A stretch of DNA of 64,000 nt from positions 149,234,001 to 149,298,000 of the forward strand of contig NC_043000.1 of assembly GCF_006345805.1 (NCBI RefSeq), written 5' to 3'. The notes below the pieces were generated by a model, which saw only the letters and a list, made by a program, of their open reading frames with translations, was not told where the DNA came from and searched no databases. The DNA comes from Octopus sinensis. Its lineage: Eukaryota. The translations under genes were made by a program, and so were the position numbers. Shown one piece after another: positions 50,056 through 63,072 of this stretch. The stretch's first letter is position 1. Each line of letters opens with the position of its first letter.

Positions 50056-52339
50056 AACGTTGAAAGATTTTAAAAGGCCAAACAATGCAAATAGATCTTA
50101 AGATGAGGTAACGTAAGCTAAAAGTAAGTTACCTGGTAATCTTTGGTCGTATATGTATCCAATATTTCGGGACATACAAGTCCTTTCTTCAGGGTTAAAA
50201 GGGAACTGTCCTTAGAAAGATGGTTTTTGTCGGAGATAAAATATTTCTGTTTATATTTGAATTTTCAAGCGTTTCCCTTCTTTGTGAATGTTAGTGACGT
50301 CAATTATTAACTTATCGCTCCACAAATCAATTTTCATCACCTCTTTTCTGATATGTAGCAAATGTGCCTGTGTGTGTATGTCAAGTTATGCATTGCGTGC
50401 CTAGCTCCAATCTGTTATTTATTTGTGGTATTAATTTATAGATAACCAAAGCTTCCTTAATTCTCAAGTTGCCAAGATTTCTATCATTGGCTTCAATAGT
50501 AACTCTAATTAGTTTGTTGGTATTTTTACATTTATCAACGCGTTTTTTAAATGAGGATGCACGTGTGTTGAGATGTTCCTTAATGCAAGTATGTAAAGTT
50601 CGAGTTGTGCTGCCTATATAAAACACCTTACATTTATTGCATTCAATTCGGAATACCACATGTGTCCACTGGCACATACCTGTATCGCGGATAAGACAGT
50701 TAGTTAATGAGCATTGATTGTTATCTCTAGATTACTTTTTATTCAGGTATCCGCGCAGAGAGAGGCCGGAGTGTGCTAATTGTATGTCTAGTCCTTCATT
50801 GCATATGTCTACGAATTGCTGTGGTTATGCTTTCATTGAAATGTGGTAATTTCATGAAGCAGGTGTTAGAGAAGGTCTTATGTCTGCGGCGCTTTTGATT
50901 TTTAATTCGGTTTATTGTGGAAGTAGGGTAGCCATTCTGTGAAGTGTGCGGTGTGAGTAATCTGGTCCTCAAATTTGCTACATTTATTCTTGATACGTGC
51001 TAGTTCATTTCTTACGTATCCCGTTTTAGCACCGAGGAGTAGGGCTGACCTATAATTCACAAACAGTTCTCTACTGGCAGCTTTCTTATAGAAGTTGGTG
51101 TATATATTACCTCCTTTTGTTATTTTAAGCTGGAAGTCTAGTAGAGATAAAGAACCATCTTTATCGAGGTGTTCAGTGGTAAATTTTATGTTACTATCTA
51201 TGCTTGAGAATGTCGTGGATATTTTGTCGGCCTCTTCACGTGATGAAGTGATGATAAGTATATCATCTATGTAGCTAGTAAAGAAAAAACAGGAGCGACA
51301 GGTGCTAGAGTGCTCGACGTTCTAGTCGGTTCATGTAAGTAATGGCTAGAAAGCCTGAAAGACTAGATCCCATGGGTAGACCTGTTGTTTGCTTATATAT
51401 GTGGCGGTGGAAAGTGAAATAAGTATTTTCTACGACGACCGCTAGAAGTTGATGTATGTCCTGTGGAGTGAGGTCATAGCAATATATATTATCTGAACTG
51501 ATGCACTCCGTTACAAAGTTGACGGCTGGAAGAGCGGGTACTGTCGTGTAGAGGGAAACAACGTCAAGGCAGAATGTATATCTGTTGTGTATAAGTTGTG
51601 CGGGTTCTATTCTGTGTAGTCTTCGTATGACCTCATCGGAGCTGCTGACATACCCAGGAAAAGTGTGAAGTATAGGCACAGGAGTGGCTGTGTGGTAAGT
51701 AGCTTGTTTACCAACCACATGGTTTCGGGTTCAGTCCCACTGCGTGGCACCTTGGGCAAGTGTCTTCAACTATAGCCTCGGGCCGACCAAAGCCTTGTGA
51801 GTGGATTTGGTAGACGGAAACTGAAAGAAGCCCGTCGTATATATGTATATATATATATATGTGCGTGTGTGTGTTTGTCCCTCCAACATCGCTTGACAAC
51901 CGATGCTAGTGTGTTTATGTCATCATTACTTAGCGGTTCGGCAAAAGAGACCGATAGAATAAGTACTGGGCTTACAAAAGAATAAGTCCCGGGGTCGAGT
52001 TGCTCGATTAAAGGCGGTGCTCCAGCATGGCCGCAGTCAAATGACTGAAACAAGTAAAAGAGTAAAGAGTATAGGCTTGAGTATCTAGGAGAGGAACCAG
52101 GAGATTTTATAGAGGGGTCCTTCTATGCTGGAGACAATTGGTCTAATATGTAGATTAATACTAGTTTTGTGAGTTTTAATGAGGTGATAGAATATCGGTA
52201 ATCTGATGTTTCTGGTGATAAGGTTGTGTTTATATTTGTTGGGGAGTTGCCAACGTCTGCATGTATCTGTCCGTGTAGTTTACGGTACCTCATCTTAAAA
52301 TCTTTTTGCATTGTTTGGCCTTTTAAATCTTTCAACGTT
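50056..52339 (-). mobile_element. Penelope-like retroelement (RT + GIY-YIG), degenerate, with inverted termini
   Basis: FYHLIKTHK..IRPIVS, FCLDVVSLYT, QTTGLPMGSSLS, YIDDIL, VVFRIECNKCKVFYIGST. About 60-bp inverted repeat at 50056-50116 / 52280-52339. Confidence 0.9.
51675..52070 (+). mobile_element. SINE family A nested in the Penelope RT
   Basis: TSD-like agtataggc at 51669 and 52068; removal rejoins ILKPIL|HTFPGY. Confidence 0.9.
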
Positions 52340-52540
52340 AAATTTCATATATAATGCTTCAAGCAAACTATAAAATCTTATATTTAATTCAATCTTTCTA
52401 GGATCTATAAACCCCCCTATGTAATTTTTGTCAAATATTTTCCTGATGAGATTTTTAGCTACAAACATGACTTTTTATAAATTTATTATTGGGTCTGAAT
52501 TGAAACAGTTGTAGGATTATAATATCTATATTTATATTAT

Positions 52541-52868
52541 ACTAGCACTATGACCCGGTAACGCCGGGTCATAGTGCTAGTGCATGCATATACAGCTGCG
52601 TGCGTGTACACATACACGCGAGTACTGTCCAAATCTCCGACCAATCACATACAGCTAGCTGGCATTCAATTGGTGTATCAAGTTTCAGGCATTTTGATAG
52701 AAAATTCACAAAAAAGTCACTTCTATTGATTTTTTAATGGCTTTGCGGGGTGTCTGGGGAAATGTAAAGATGTGCATGATCACCCTTGGACGGTTTTGAA
52801 TGACCATAGAAAGTGCGACCCCTCTAACTAAAAAATTGTGGATTTGTATAAAGGACACACACACAGAC
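52541..52868 (-). mobile_element. Second Helitron-like family, 3' end with palindrome
   Basis: actagcactatgacccgg-taacg-ccgggtcatagtgctagt; the minus strand ends hairpin + CTAG. Confidence 0.6.
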
Positions 52869-53172
52869 ATTTTGCAGTTTAACCAAAAGCGGGTATCTTT
52901 AGTCGTGATTCATATCGAGCCCTTCTGGGTATTAGCGCGCGTCTACGATGAGTCTACGATTTAAAAAAAAATTACCATCATTTTTTCCATTTTAATGCAT
53001 TTTTTCGCTATTATATAAGGGAAGTAACTCTCTAAAAATGTCTACGATGAGTCAACGATTTAAAAAAAAATTTACCATAATTTTCTTTCCATTTTTAATG
53101 CCTTTTTTCCCCATTTTTAATGCATTTTTTGCTATTTTTTTGGCTATAACTCTCTAAAAATGCTTATATAGT
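52862..53172 (+). mobile_element. Helitron-like family copy truncated at both ends
   Basis: Matches the interior of 2895-3294. Confidence 0.8.
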
Positions 53173-53175
53173 TTT

Positions 53176-54331
53176 GATTTACATGTGTTTGAAATGAGTC
53201 AAGTGGGAAATGGAGCCTGTTGAGTGTCGAGAAATGATCCGGTTTTTGTATTTGAAATGACACACACCACAGGAGACTTTTGATGAAATGAAAATAACTT
53301 ATGGTGATGATGCCCCATCATATGACCTTGTAAAACGCTGGCATCGTGAATTCAAACATGGTCGGAACTCTGTGGAAACAGCTCCCAGATCTGGTCGCAC
53401 CCCTTCTGCCATTGATGAGGCATCTGTCCGTCAAGTTGAGGCTGCCATTTTGGAAGATGGACGCATAACTATTCGCCAAATAGCCCATGAGGTCAAGATT
53501 AGTACCGGGTCTGTGGAAACTATCATTCATGACCATTTGCATATGCAAAAGGTGTCTGTCAGAGGGATTCCCAGGTTGCTCACACTTTTCCTGAAGCAAG
53601 AACGCGTCGAGTGCTCGAGGATGAATTTAGGGATGTGCCAAGAAGATGAGTCAAAATTTTTCAAAAGACTGATTACACAGGATGAGACCTGGGTCCTTCA
53701 CCATGATCCAGAGACCAAAGCCCAGTCAATGCAGTGGAAGCACCATGACTCACCTCCTCCAAAGAAGGCAAGGATGCAGCCCTCCGCTGGCAAGGTCATG
53801 CTCACAGTCTTCTGGGACCAGGACGGAGTAGTGATGACAGATTTCCTGGCAAAGGGTACCACAATTACAGGAGCCTATTATGCTTCACTTTTGAGGAAAT
53901 TATGAGAAGCTATCAAAATCAAGAGGCGGGGCAAGATCAGCAAAGGCATCCTCCTCCTGCAGGACAACGCTCCGGTCCACAACTCGCGTGTCGCCAGATC
54001 AGAAGCACAGGCGTGCGGCTATGAACACTCCCCCATCCCCCTACTCTCCTGACCTTGGACCCTCTGATTTTCACCTCTTCCCAGCCATGAAGTTGTTTTT
54101 GAAAGGAAAGCGTTTCCCAGATGATGCAGCCTTGATTTCTGAAGTCACGTCGTGGTTGGAGGACCAAGCTGGGGTCTTCTATGAAACGGTCTTCAGAGCT
54201 GTATCAACGATGGGAGAAATGCGTAACTCTGGGTTGTTCCTATGCTGAAAAAGACTAATACCTGTGCCAAATTTCGTTGCTCTACTGCTATGGGAAGTGG
54301 GTCAGGGGCATTACTTATTGAACGCCCCTCG
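53176..54331 (+). mobile_element. Mariner copy lacking the left TIR
   Basis: Highly similar to 35387-36676; ORF 53288..53905; right TIR + TA at 54332. Confidence 0.92.
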
Positions 54332-54436
<105 letters not shown>

Positions 54437-54859
54437 AAGATAACTCTGTTCAAGATAAACATAACGTCGCAAGAAATTTGAAAAGCTAAACGCGAAACCG
54501 GTCTTTCTTCTAAATTATAAGAAAATTTTTTTTAAATTGTAAGAAAATTTTTTAAAATATTCTTCAGACATATTGACGCAAATATATATATTTTTTAACC
54601 TTTAAGCCTTCTGTAGTTTTTTCACTTTTTACTATTTTCTCTCTCTCTATATATATATAAAATATGTATATGGATGTATGTCTTTATGTTTGTCTCCCAA
54701 CCAGCGTTTGACAGCTGTATTTTATTTCATAACTGATTTAAGGAGCGCAGGATTGCATAATCGGGATCTTACACAACACCCTGTTGAATCCCAATTGTGA
54801 AACCGGCTGGGAAGATCGGCTCTAATGGATATATAATACTGTATACTTAGATTTATATA

Positions 54860-55700
54860 CAAGGTCTGATCAATAAGTATCCAGACTGTCACCATAGTAA
54901 CGAAGTTAAAGCAAGCAGAGGGAAGCCGTTGGGCAAAAATTGACCTTGAACTCCGCTGTGCATGCGCACTAAGTTTTAACGTTCTAGCTCACATCCGCTG
55001 TTTACAGCAGTGCTTGGAAGGAAAGTGTGTAGTGTGTGATCGTTGCATTGACCATGAGAGAGAAAGCTGTCATGGCGATACTTGCTCAGAGGCCTATGCA
55101 AAGCTGCAGAAAGCGTATGGAGAGGAGTGTATGAGCCACGCACAAGTGTACGAGTGGTTTAGATGTTTCCAAGATGGCCGAAAAAATGTTGATATCAACG
55201 AACTTTCTGGGAGACCCGCAACCAGCAGAACTGAGAAAAGCATTGCAGATGTGCGTGCAGCTGTGCGGGGAAATCGTCGAATCACCATCCGTGAGTTACC
55301 AGAAGACGTGCAGATTAGTTACGGTTCAATTCTGTCCATTACCACTGAGGAATTTGGTATGAGACGTGTGTCTGCCAAGTTTGTGCCCAAACTGCTTTCA
55401 GCTGACCAAAAAAGCACTCGGGTTTCAGTTGCACAATATCTCCTTGATTGTGTCGAGAACGATGAAAACTATTTGAAAACTTTGCGTATGCCTCTGAGCA
55501 GGAATCGCCAAGCTTTTGGCAAAATTTGATGCAGATTCTCTGCTCAACGTTCTATGTCATGGTCAATGCGACGATCACACGCTACACACGTTCCTTCCAA
55601 GCACTGCTTTAAACAGTGGAAATGAGCTAGAACTTTAAAACTTAATGCGCATGCATAACAAAGTTTAAGGTCAATCTGTGCCAAGTGCAGTTTCACTCTG
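54860..55700 (+). mobile_element. Mariner derivative: HTH-only with long inverted ends
   Basis: GRP..., RRVSAKFVPKLL but no catalytic domain. About 54925-55065 is inverted at about 55555-55700. Confidence 0.78.
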
Positions 55701-55870
55701 CTTAGCGGTATTTCACCCGTCGTTACTTTCTGAGTTCAAATTGTATTGAGATCGACTTTACCTTTCATCCTTTCGGGGTCGATAAATTAAGTACCAGTTG
55801 AGTACTGGGATCGATGTAATCGGCTATCCCCCTCTCCCAAATTTCAGGCCTTGTGCCTATTATAGAAAGG
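55700..55870 (+). mobile_element. SINE family C, partial
   Basis: gactttacctttcatcctttcggggtcgataaattaagtaccag. Confidence 0.78.
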
Positions 55871-55934
55871 ATTATATGTCAGACACTTCATTAATTTCAT
55901 AAAGGGCTTATAAGCACAAATTTCTAAGTTTGAG

Positions 55935-56252
55935 GTCACGTCGAGAAAATCTACCACCATCATGTTGGTGTCTGTTGTGACATTGAGTCCAAGGAACTCA
56001 GGGTATGGGTCAAGTCTGTCCATAGCCTATCGAATGTATGGCCATTCGCCTCTCTCGATGTTGCCGAAGTGTCGTCTCTGTAGAGAACATAGTTAGTTGA
56101 GAGGAATTTCTTACTTCGAAAATCCAGGATAAAAAGCCAATGATGTCGCACATTAGCACTGTCAAAAGCACCCATCAGTTCGCTTGGCGTGCACGAGAAT
56201 TCCTATGTTCTCATCTCTAATATCAGTGTAGACTCTAGGGAAATTCAGCGAC

Positions 56253-56255
<3 letters not shown>
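55935..56255 (-). mobile_element. Penelope-like RT core fragment
   Basis: MGAFDSANV, LYRDD, and frameshifted GLNVT..NMMVVDFLDVT. Confidence 0.7.
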
Positions 56256-56303
<48 letters not shown>

Positions 56304-56309
<6 letters not shown>

Positions 56310-56537
56310 AAAAATATATATAAAAATACAAAATGGGACAAGAACGCAAAACACTCAAAGAGACGACACAAAAGACGGACGGGTCATTCGAAGCCTCTAA
56401 TCTTCAGTCAAGAACCGGATCATCCTCGCAATTTCGGCTGATAGAAGCTTCGAATGACCCGTCCGTTTTTTGTGTCGTCTCTTTGAGTGTTTTGCGTTCT
56501 TGTCCCATTTTGTATTTTTATATATATTTTTTATACA
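56304..56537. mobile_element. Fold-back element, about 90-bp arms and 52-bp spacer
   Basis: tgtataaaaaatatat...gggtcattcgaagc / gcttcgaatgaccc...atatattttttataca. Confidence 0.85.
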
Positions 56538-56576
56538 TATATTATTGCGGCGTAACGTACATCTTGTTCTCTTATG

Positions 56577-56612
<36 letters not shown>

Positions 56613-57029
56613 TATATATATGTTGAAGGTTGAAAAGTATACACGAGTTGATATGTAGCTACCGTTCAAGCGCTTAGTTATAATCCAGTTTATGGCTAAC
56701 CTCATCGAATGGTAATGAACATCTAGAATTATTTGAGGTAAGCAATCCCAATGTATTTTATCCGATGGGTGAATCCTGGGTTAGGAATAGTTTACCGAGA
56801 TATCCAAGACAATTACAACCAATACAAAGGATGATACACCAGCATATTTCCTTTTTATTTTTACAGTCAATTATGTTGCACATTTAGTTTAAATCTGTCC
56901 GACATAGACATTTCGCAATTGCACTTGCACCCAGTTTCATTCATCTGGTTAAGAGTCTATGCCGCTTTATTCAAGGTTTAGCCACTGTGGTTTGAAACGA
57001 AATACGAACGTATTGGTTTAGCTAGCATT

Positions 57030-57815
57030 ATATTTGGTACTGTCACATCGCCTGCAAGACATGCAAGATAAGGTAGACCACCTGATAGAAACTTTACGGA
57101 GAGTGGGCTTGAGGATCAGCCGGGAAAAGACAAAAGTGCTGCGTATCAACAACAAGCAGGAAGAGCCATTCACAATCGAGGGGGCACCTGTGGAGGACGT
57201 TAGTGAGTTTGTCTATCTTGGCAGCAAGATGAGCAAATCAGGTGGATCAGACGAGGACATCACGGCAAGAAGCATGAAGGCTTGGCAAGCCTTCGCTATT
57301 CTTCGGCCGGTATGGAAGTCCAATGTCATCTCAACTCGAACTAAAACTCCGCTTATTTAGTTCAAACGTAAAATCTGTACTTTTGTATGGCTCTGAAACA
57401 TGGAGAGTCACCGGTAGCAACTACAAGAAGATTCAGACCTTCATCAACAAATGACTCCGGCAGATCCTCCATCTGAAGTGGTTCGACAGAGTGCCAAACA
57501 CTGACTTGTGTGAAAGGGCCAACCAGAAGCCCATACATGCTCAGATTAGACGAAGGAAATGGAGATGGATCGGATAAACACTGCGGAAAGAACCCTCAAA
57601 TGTGACACAACAAGCCCTTGACTGGAACCCGCAGGGGGAAAGGAAGCGAGGACGCCCGAAGCAGACATGGAAGCGGAGCATTTTGGACGAGCTCAGGATC
57701 ATCGGCCTGACATGGAAAGCAGCCAAGAAACACGCCAATGACCGCAAAAAGTGGAAAACAACTGCTGAGGCCCTATGCACCACAAGGGGCAAAAAAGGAT
57801 TAAGAAGAAGATATT
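57030..57815 (+). mobile_element. Second RTE family, 5'-truncated
   Basis: GLRISREKTKVL, FVYLGS, LLYGSETWRV, RRRKWRWIG, ALDWNPQGERKRGRPKQTW. Confidence 0.88.
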
Positions 57816-58784
57816 TGGTAGGGACCTAGATTTTCTAAGTGCAAAGAATGGGAGAGGAACATTCAGAAACCTGATGCAGCAATAAAAACGGTTATCAGGT
57901 TGACCTTATGATGACCTTATGGTTGAATTTCGAATTACGAATACTAGATTATTCTCCGATAGTTTGTTCAGCAATATAGCTTCCTTCCAGGAAGCCACGT
58001 TGCTGAACAAACTACTTTCTTCTATGAACGTGATCAGCCACTTTCTCACAGTGTGTTCCATAGCTTTCCTAACACGTGAGGTTAGAGCAGGGCTACTCAA
58101 CGGGGGTGCATATGTACCCCTGGGGATGCACAGGAAAATCTGGAGTGCACGAAAAATTTTTGCAATGAAAAGTCGTTTTTCTCATTTTTGTTAATTGTTC
58201 AGCCGTCAGCTGATGAGTTTTGCTTGAAGCGTAGACTACAAAGTTCACGCAGTGCGTGTGCATTGGCACGCAAGTACGCATGTATTGACCACAATTACAG
58301 TTATTTGTTGAGTACGCACCCCAGAGTAGATTAATAATATTGCAGGCTTGCGCAGGCGTCTCATGGATGTGTGATATACGCGCGAGATATCTAGCGTAGT
58401 CTCGCATATGTTTCGCGCGTACTTTAAACGGGCACCGCTAAATAGTCTGGCTTAGCCGCTGCGCTGATCATTACTGTCTGAGTTTACCATCACGTTAGCA
58501 TTCAGCGATTATTCACAAGAAATTCAGGTTATATCAACAAATTCTTCGGATCACGTTTTTATTGGTAAGTGTTCTGTTGATACTTTATGCATTTTAGTTG
58601 TTCACTTATGATCCTCATTGTCATATTTACTCCTCAAATTAAATTTATTAACATCAAAGGCTAAAAACTGCGATTGGTTAAGGGCTGTGATTGATCAGAG
58701 AATAGACAATCTAGTTATTTATCAAATAACATCCGAAATAAAGGATAACACTTCATTTATCATCATAATATCGGTACTCAAAAA

Positions 58785-59181
58785 TCTTTATATATAAAAG
58801 TGAAGTTGTGTGTCTGTCTCCTACGATTTAGATTCCTAACTACTCCCACATTTTGCGGTGCAGTTTAACCAAAACCGGGTATCTTATAGTCGTGATTCAT
58901 ATCGAGCCCTTCTGGGTATTAGCGCGCGTCTACGATGAGCCTACGATTTAAAAAAAAATTTACCATCATTTTTACCCATTTTTAATGCATTTTTTTGCTA
59001 TTATATAAGGGAAGTAACTCTCTAAAAATGTATTATTAAATCTCAGAACGTAAAAAGCTACAGTAACCCCCCCCCCTTTGTTGTTAGCCATATTGAGATG
59101 GTTATTATACTTTACATCTCTAAAAATGCTTATATAGTTATTTCCCTTACAAACCCGAGCAACGCCGGGCGATACTGCTAG
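58785..59181 (+). mobile_element. Helitron-like element
   Basis: A|TC...hairpin CTAG|T, as at 2895. Confidence 0.85.
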
Positions 59182-59403
59182 TACCTTATATATTTTGTTC
59201 CGAATTCTGACCAACAGTTAATTGTTACTGATCTTCAATGCGTGCTTCCATGCCATCAGTAGTATCTGAGGGTGAATATCATTTTTCATATCTGTGTTTT
59301 GGTGTCATTATGAGTTTGTCTGGTAAAATAAAGCATATTGTAAAGCAGATTCGAGCTTAAGGTATTTGAAGTGTGAATTTATTTTTTGGGACACCCTGTA
59401 TAT

Positions 59404-59687
59404 CAGTGGTTCTCAACCTTTTTTGTCTCCGGGCCCACTTTGATCCCCGTAAAAATCTTAGGCTCATTTATCCTCTGTCAGGTAGATCAAACTACAAAAT
59501 CATGCCATTATTAGCTGAGTGATTTAGATATTTGTTGAACATATGTTCTCTAATCAATGAAATGTTGCGATTTTTGATACCCAACCCGACTTTATTATAC
59601 AAATTTTAAGCACAAATCCACACCCAGTGCTTTTCCGAGGTCTATTCAGAAATTTTTGAAGCATAGGCTCACCGTTGAGAACCACTA
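59404..59687. mobile_element. hAT MITE
   Basis: TIRs cagtggttctcaac / gttgagaaccacta; TSD ctgtatat / ctgtatac. Confidence 0.82.
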
Positions 59688-61091
59688 CTGTATACAGACA
59701 CCACTAAATGCAAAAAGCGTATCAATCTGGTCCACCGATAGATTTTGTATGGCTATGCAGTCCACAAGAGAAAATGTTTAGCATATTTGAACGAAATGAA
59801 GACTCATTAACTAATTGATCTTTCAAATAGCGGGGATGTTTTTATGCGCTTCTCATTATTGCATAAGAAGCGGAGTTTACTATAAAACCACGTTCATCGT
59901 TTCCACTTAACCTATGGTGGCGTTGCTGTTTCTAAAGTTTATTTTCGTTTCTCTATTAGTAATTTTGCTCGCGTATCTATCTTAAAATGAGCTGCTTGGC
60001 GGAGGTCTGCGCTCTCCGAGTGCTTTTCTAGTTTCATTTATTTTAGATTTTGAATAAAGAAAGTGATACACAAAAATGAACGCGAAAAAAAAATGCAGAC
60101 TTTATGATCCCTCGTATACTGCATATGGATTTGTCAGAAGCATACTCAACCATCTTTACCCTATTGCCTCATGTGCACACGAAGCTTTGTAGATTATCTA
60201 ATCATATTAAAAAAAAGTTCATCCCAACGTTTCTCATAAACCAAAGGCTATTTTGAATCACTCAGTCACGATGTTTCCATATCATCTTCCAAGTTGAAGG
60301 GTTTCCTCGTGGTAAAAAACAATGTAACCGGCCTTATGGCATCATATAAGATTGCACATCTTGCAAACAAAGTCGGCCACAAACACTGGCTGAGGAGCTC
60401 TATGGTCTGGAAGACAAAAGGGCTCGTCGCCAGATTAACTGTAGAAAGAGATCTTTTTCTATTTACTGTGTTTTCCATCGAGATAACTTAGTTGCAAAGG
60501 ATATTCGGACCCACAACCTTAGTGAAATTCTGCAACTTATAGATTCAGCTGTTAATAAAATGAAAAAAAAAAAAAAAAGAAAAAAAACCCAGTACTTCAA
60601 GACAGACTCTTTAGGGAAACCTGTCAAGATGAGCATTTCGATCGGCTCCTTTATTAAACGGATGTTCGATGGCTGTTCGTGGCAAATTGCCTCACTCGAT
60701 TTGTTTGTCTTTTTGACAAACTGGTTGAATTTTTGGAAAGTCAAGATTCATAATTCCGCATTGCGCTCCTTCAGAAAAAAAAAAAATCAATGAAATTATA
60801 CCTAGAAGAAATTTACAAGAAGCTTAACGAATTAAACTTGTCGCCGCAATGAGATGGTATTAATATGGTAACTTCCAAATATCTTATTGCGGGTTTCATG
60901 AAAAAACTCTTACTTTGGAAGATGCAGCTTTCTTTTCACGATTTCACCCGTTTCACTTCTTTACTACTTCTTTACTACTGAGGAACATGCTGTCCTCGTG
61001 GGACACCGTTTTTCTGCATGAAAACTTTCACCTGTGTTTTCAGGATCTCATTCATTTACACATCCCTTTATTTGTCGACAGGCTTCATACC

Positions 61092-61695
61092 TATTTCTTT
61101 ATTACCCACAAGGTGCTAAACACAGAGGGGACAAACAAGGACAGACATAGGTATTAAGTCGATTACATCGACCCTAGTGCGTAACTGGTACTTAATTTAT
61201 CGACCCCGAAAGGATGAAAGGCAAAGTCGACCTCGGCGGAATTTGAACTCACAACGTAACGGCAGGCGAAATACCTATTTCTATTTCTTTATTACCCACA
61301 AGGGGCTAAACACAGAGGGGACAAACAAGGACAGACATAGGTATTAAGTCGATTACATCGACCCTAGTGCGTAACTGGTACTTAATTTATCGACCTCGAA
61401 AGGATGAAAGGCAAAGTCGACCTTGGCGGAATTTGAACTCACAACGTAACGGCAGACGAAATACCTATTTCTTTATTACCCACAAGGGGCTAAACACAGA
61501 GGAGATAAACAAGGACAGACATAGGTATTAAGTCGATTACATCGACCCCAGTACGTAACTGGTACTTAATTTATCGACCCCGAAAGGATGAAAGGCAAAG
61601 TCGACCTTGGCGGAATTTGAACTCAGAACGTAACGGCAGACGAAATACCGCTAAACATTTCGCCCGGCGTGCTATCGTTTCTGCCAGCTCGCCGC
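61092..61695 (-). mobile_element. SINE family C trimer
   Basis: Units start at 61092, 61282 and 61466; only the last carries the full head. Confidence 0.88.
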
Positions 61696-62185
61696 CGACT
61701 GGAACGGGGGGGGGGGGTGTTAATAAGTGTGTGGGAAAAGAATATGAAAAAAACAATGCGTGCTGAGGACGACAATGGAGGACACATTCCAACGACCCGC
61801 ATGTTTTCAAATAGAGCTCTGCGGGGCCCTTGCTGATGAACGTTTCATACAAATTACCGAAGGAGACTGGGTAAAATCATAGCTACAGTGCAAGAACAAA
61901 TACTCGATTCTATACAAAACTGTTGAGCCATTCATTATAAACCTCCCAACATCAAAACCTTGCTGAAAGAGGCTTTTCGTTGGTTCTGCATTCTTATAAT
62001 AAACAAAGAAGGAGACTGCAGCTTGACAATAGTTGTGAGATGCGACTGCGTTTGAGTCACCTCCAGCCACGTTTTACCAAACTGGTGACAGAAAAGCAAC
62101 CTCAAGGGTCGCATTAACATTTTTATCCTTGTACACTTTTTGTACTGTATACATTTTTCAAATTCTTAAGTAAAATTATTCATAG

Positions 62186-62598
62186 GCGCAGGAGTGGCTG
62201 TGTGGTAAGTAGCTTGCTTACCAACGACATGGTTCCGGGTTCAGTCCCACTATTTGGCCTCTTGGGCAAGTGTCTTCTGCTATAGCCTCGGGCCGACCAA
62301 TGCTTTGTGAGTGGATTTGGTAGACGGAAACTGAAAGAAGCCTGTCGTATATATGTATATATATATGTATGTGTGTGTATATGTTTGTGTGTCTGTGTTT
62401 GTCCCCCTTATATTGCTTGACAACCGATGCTGGTGTGTTTACGTCCCCGTCACTTAGCGGTTCGGAAAAAGAGACCGATAAAATAAGTACTGGGCTTACA
62501 AAGAATAAGTCCCGGGGTCGATTTGCTCGACTAAAGGCGGTGCTCCAGCATGGCCGCAGTCAAATGACTGAAACAAGTAAAAGAGTAAAGAGTAAGAG
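62186..62598 (+). mobile_element. SINE family A
   Basis: Full-length copy. Confidence 0.88.
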
Positions 62599-63072
62599 TA
62601 TCCAGTTTCTGAGCTTCGTCCAAAAACCTTTAAATGATGAATGGTTCCAAACATGCAAAAAGTCTGAACTTTCATTATTGGTAAGTGTTACATTTTTTGC
62701 TGGCTGATTAATGTATTAAATATAAACTGCTTATAACAATTTCAGTTGTAATTATAAAACCGTGCGATTTTTGGCTGTGACAAGGAGTTCATGGAACTCT
62801 CAAACCGATTTTGGGGGTACACAGTTGAAAAAAGTTGAAAAGCGCTGGGTTAGAGAGATAGACCTGTAATTTTGTAGCACCTTCTTTGCTTCCTTCTTTA
62901 TGGACAGCGTATATTATGCCTTCTTGTAACATTATGGAATATTTACCACATGCAAGGAAACTCTAGAAAAGTATCTGTAGTAGTTTTACGAGTGCTTTCT
63001 TGCATATCTTTAAAGGAACAGCCAGAAATCTATTTGGGTCCGTTGCTGAGTCCGAGTTAATCTCAACAATAA

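Larger units (their letters stand above)
58088..62847 (+). mobile_element. hAT (Buster/Charlie-type) transposon remnant with 8-bp TSD
   Basis: TSD ggttagag at 58080 and 62848; TIRs cagggctactcaac / gttgaaaagcgctg. Transposase remnants ASYKIAHL..., LNELNL, ERGFS...MRLRLSHLQPRF...QPQGSH* (stop 62117). Confidence 0.88.

Noticed and set aside
58244-58280. ctgatgag...gaagcgta hammerhead look-alike (also 37700-37730 and 52443)
   Set aside because: GAAA core is broken and stem I does not pair.
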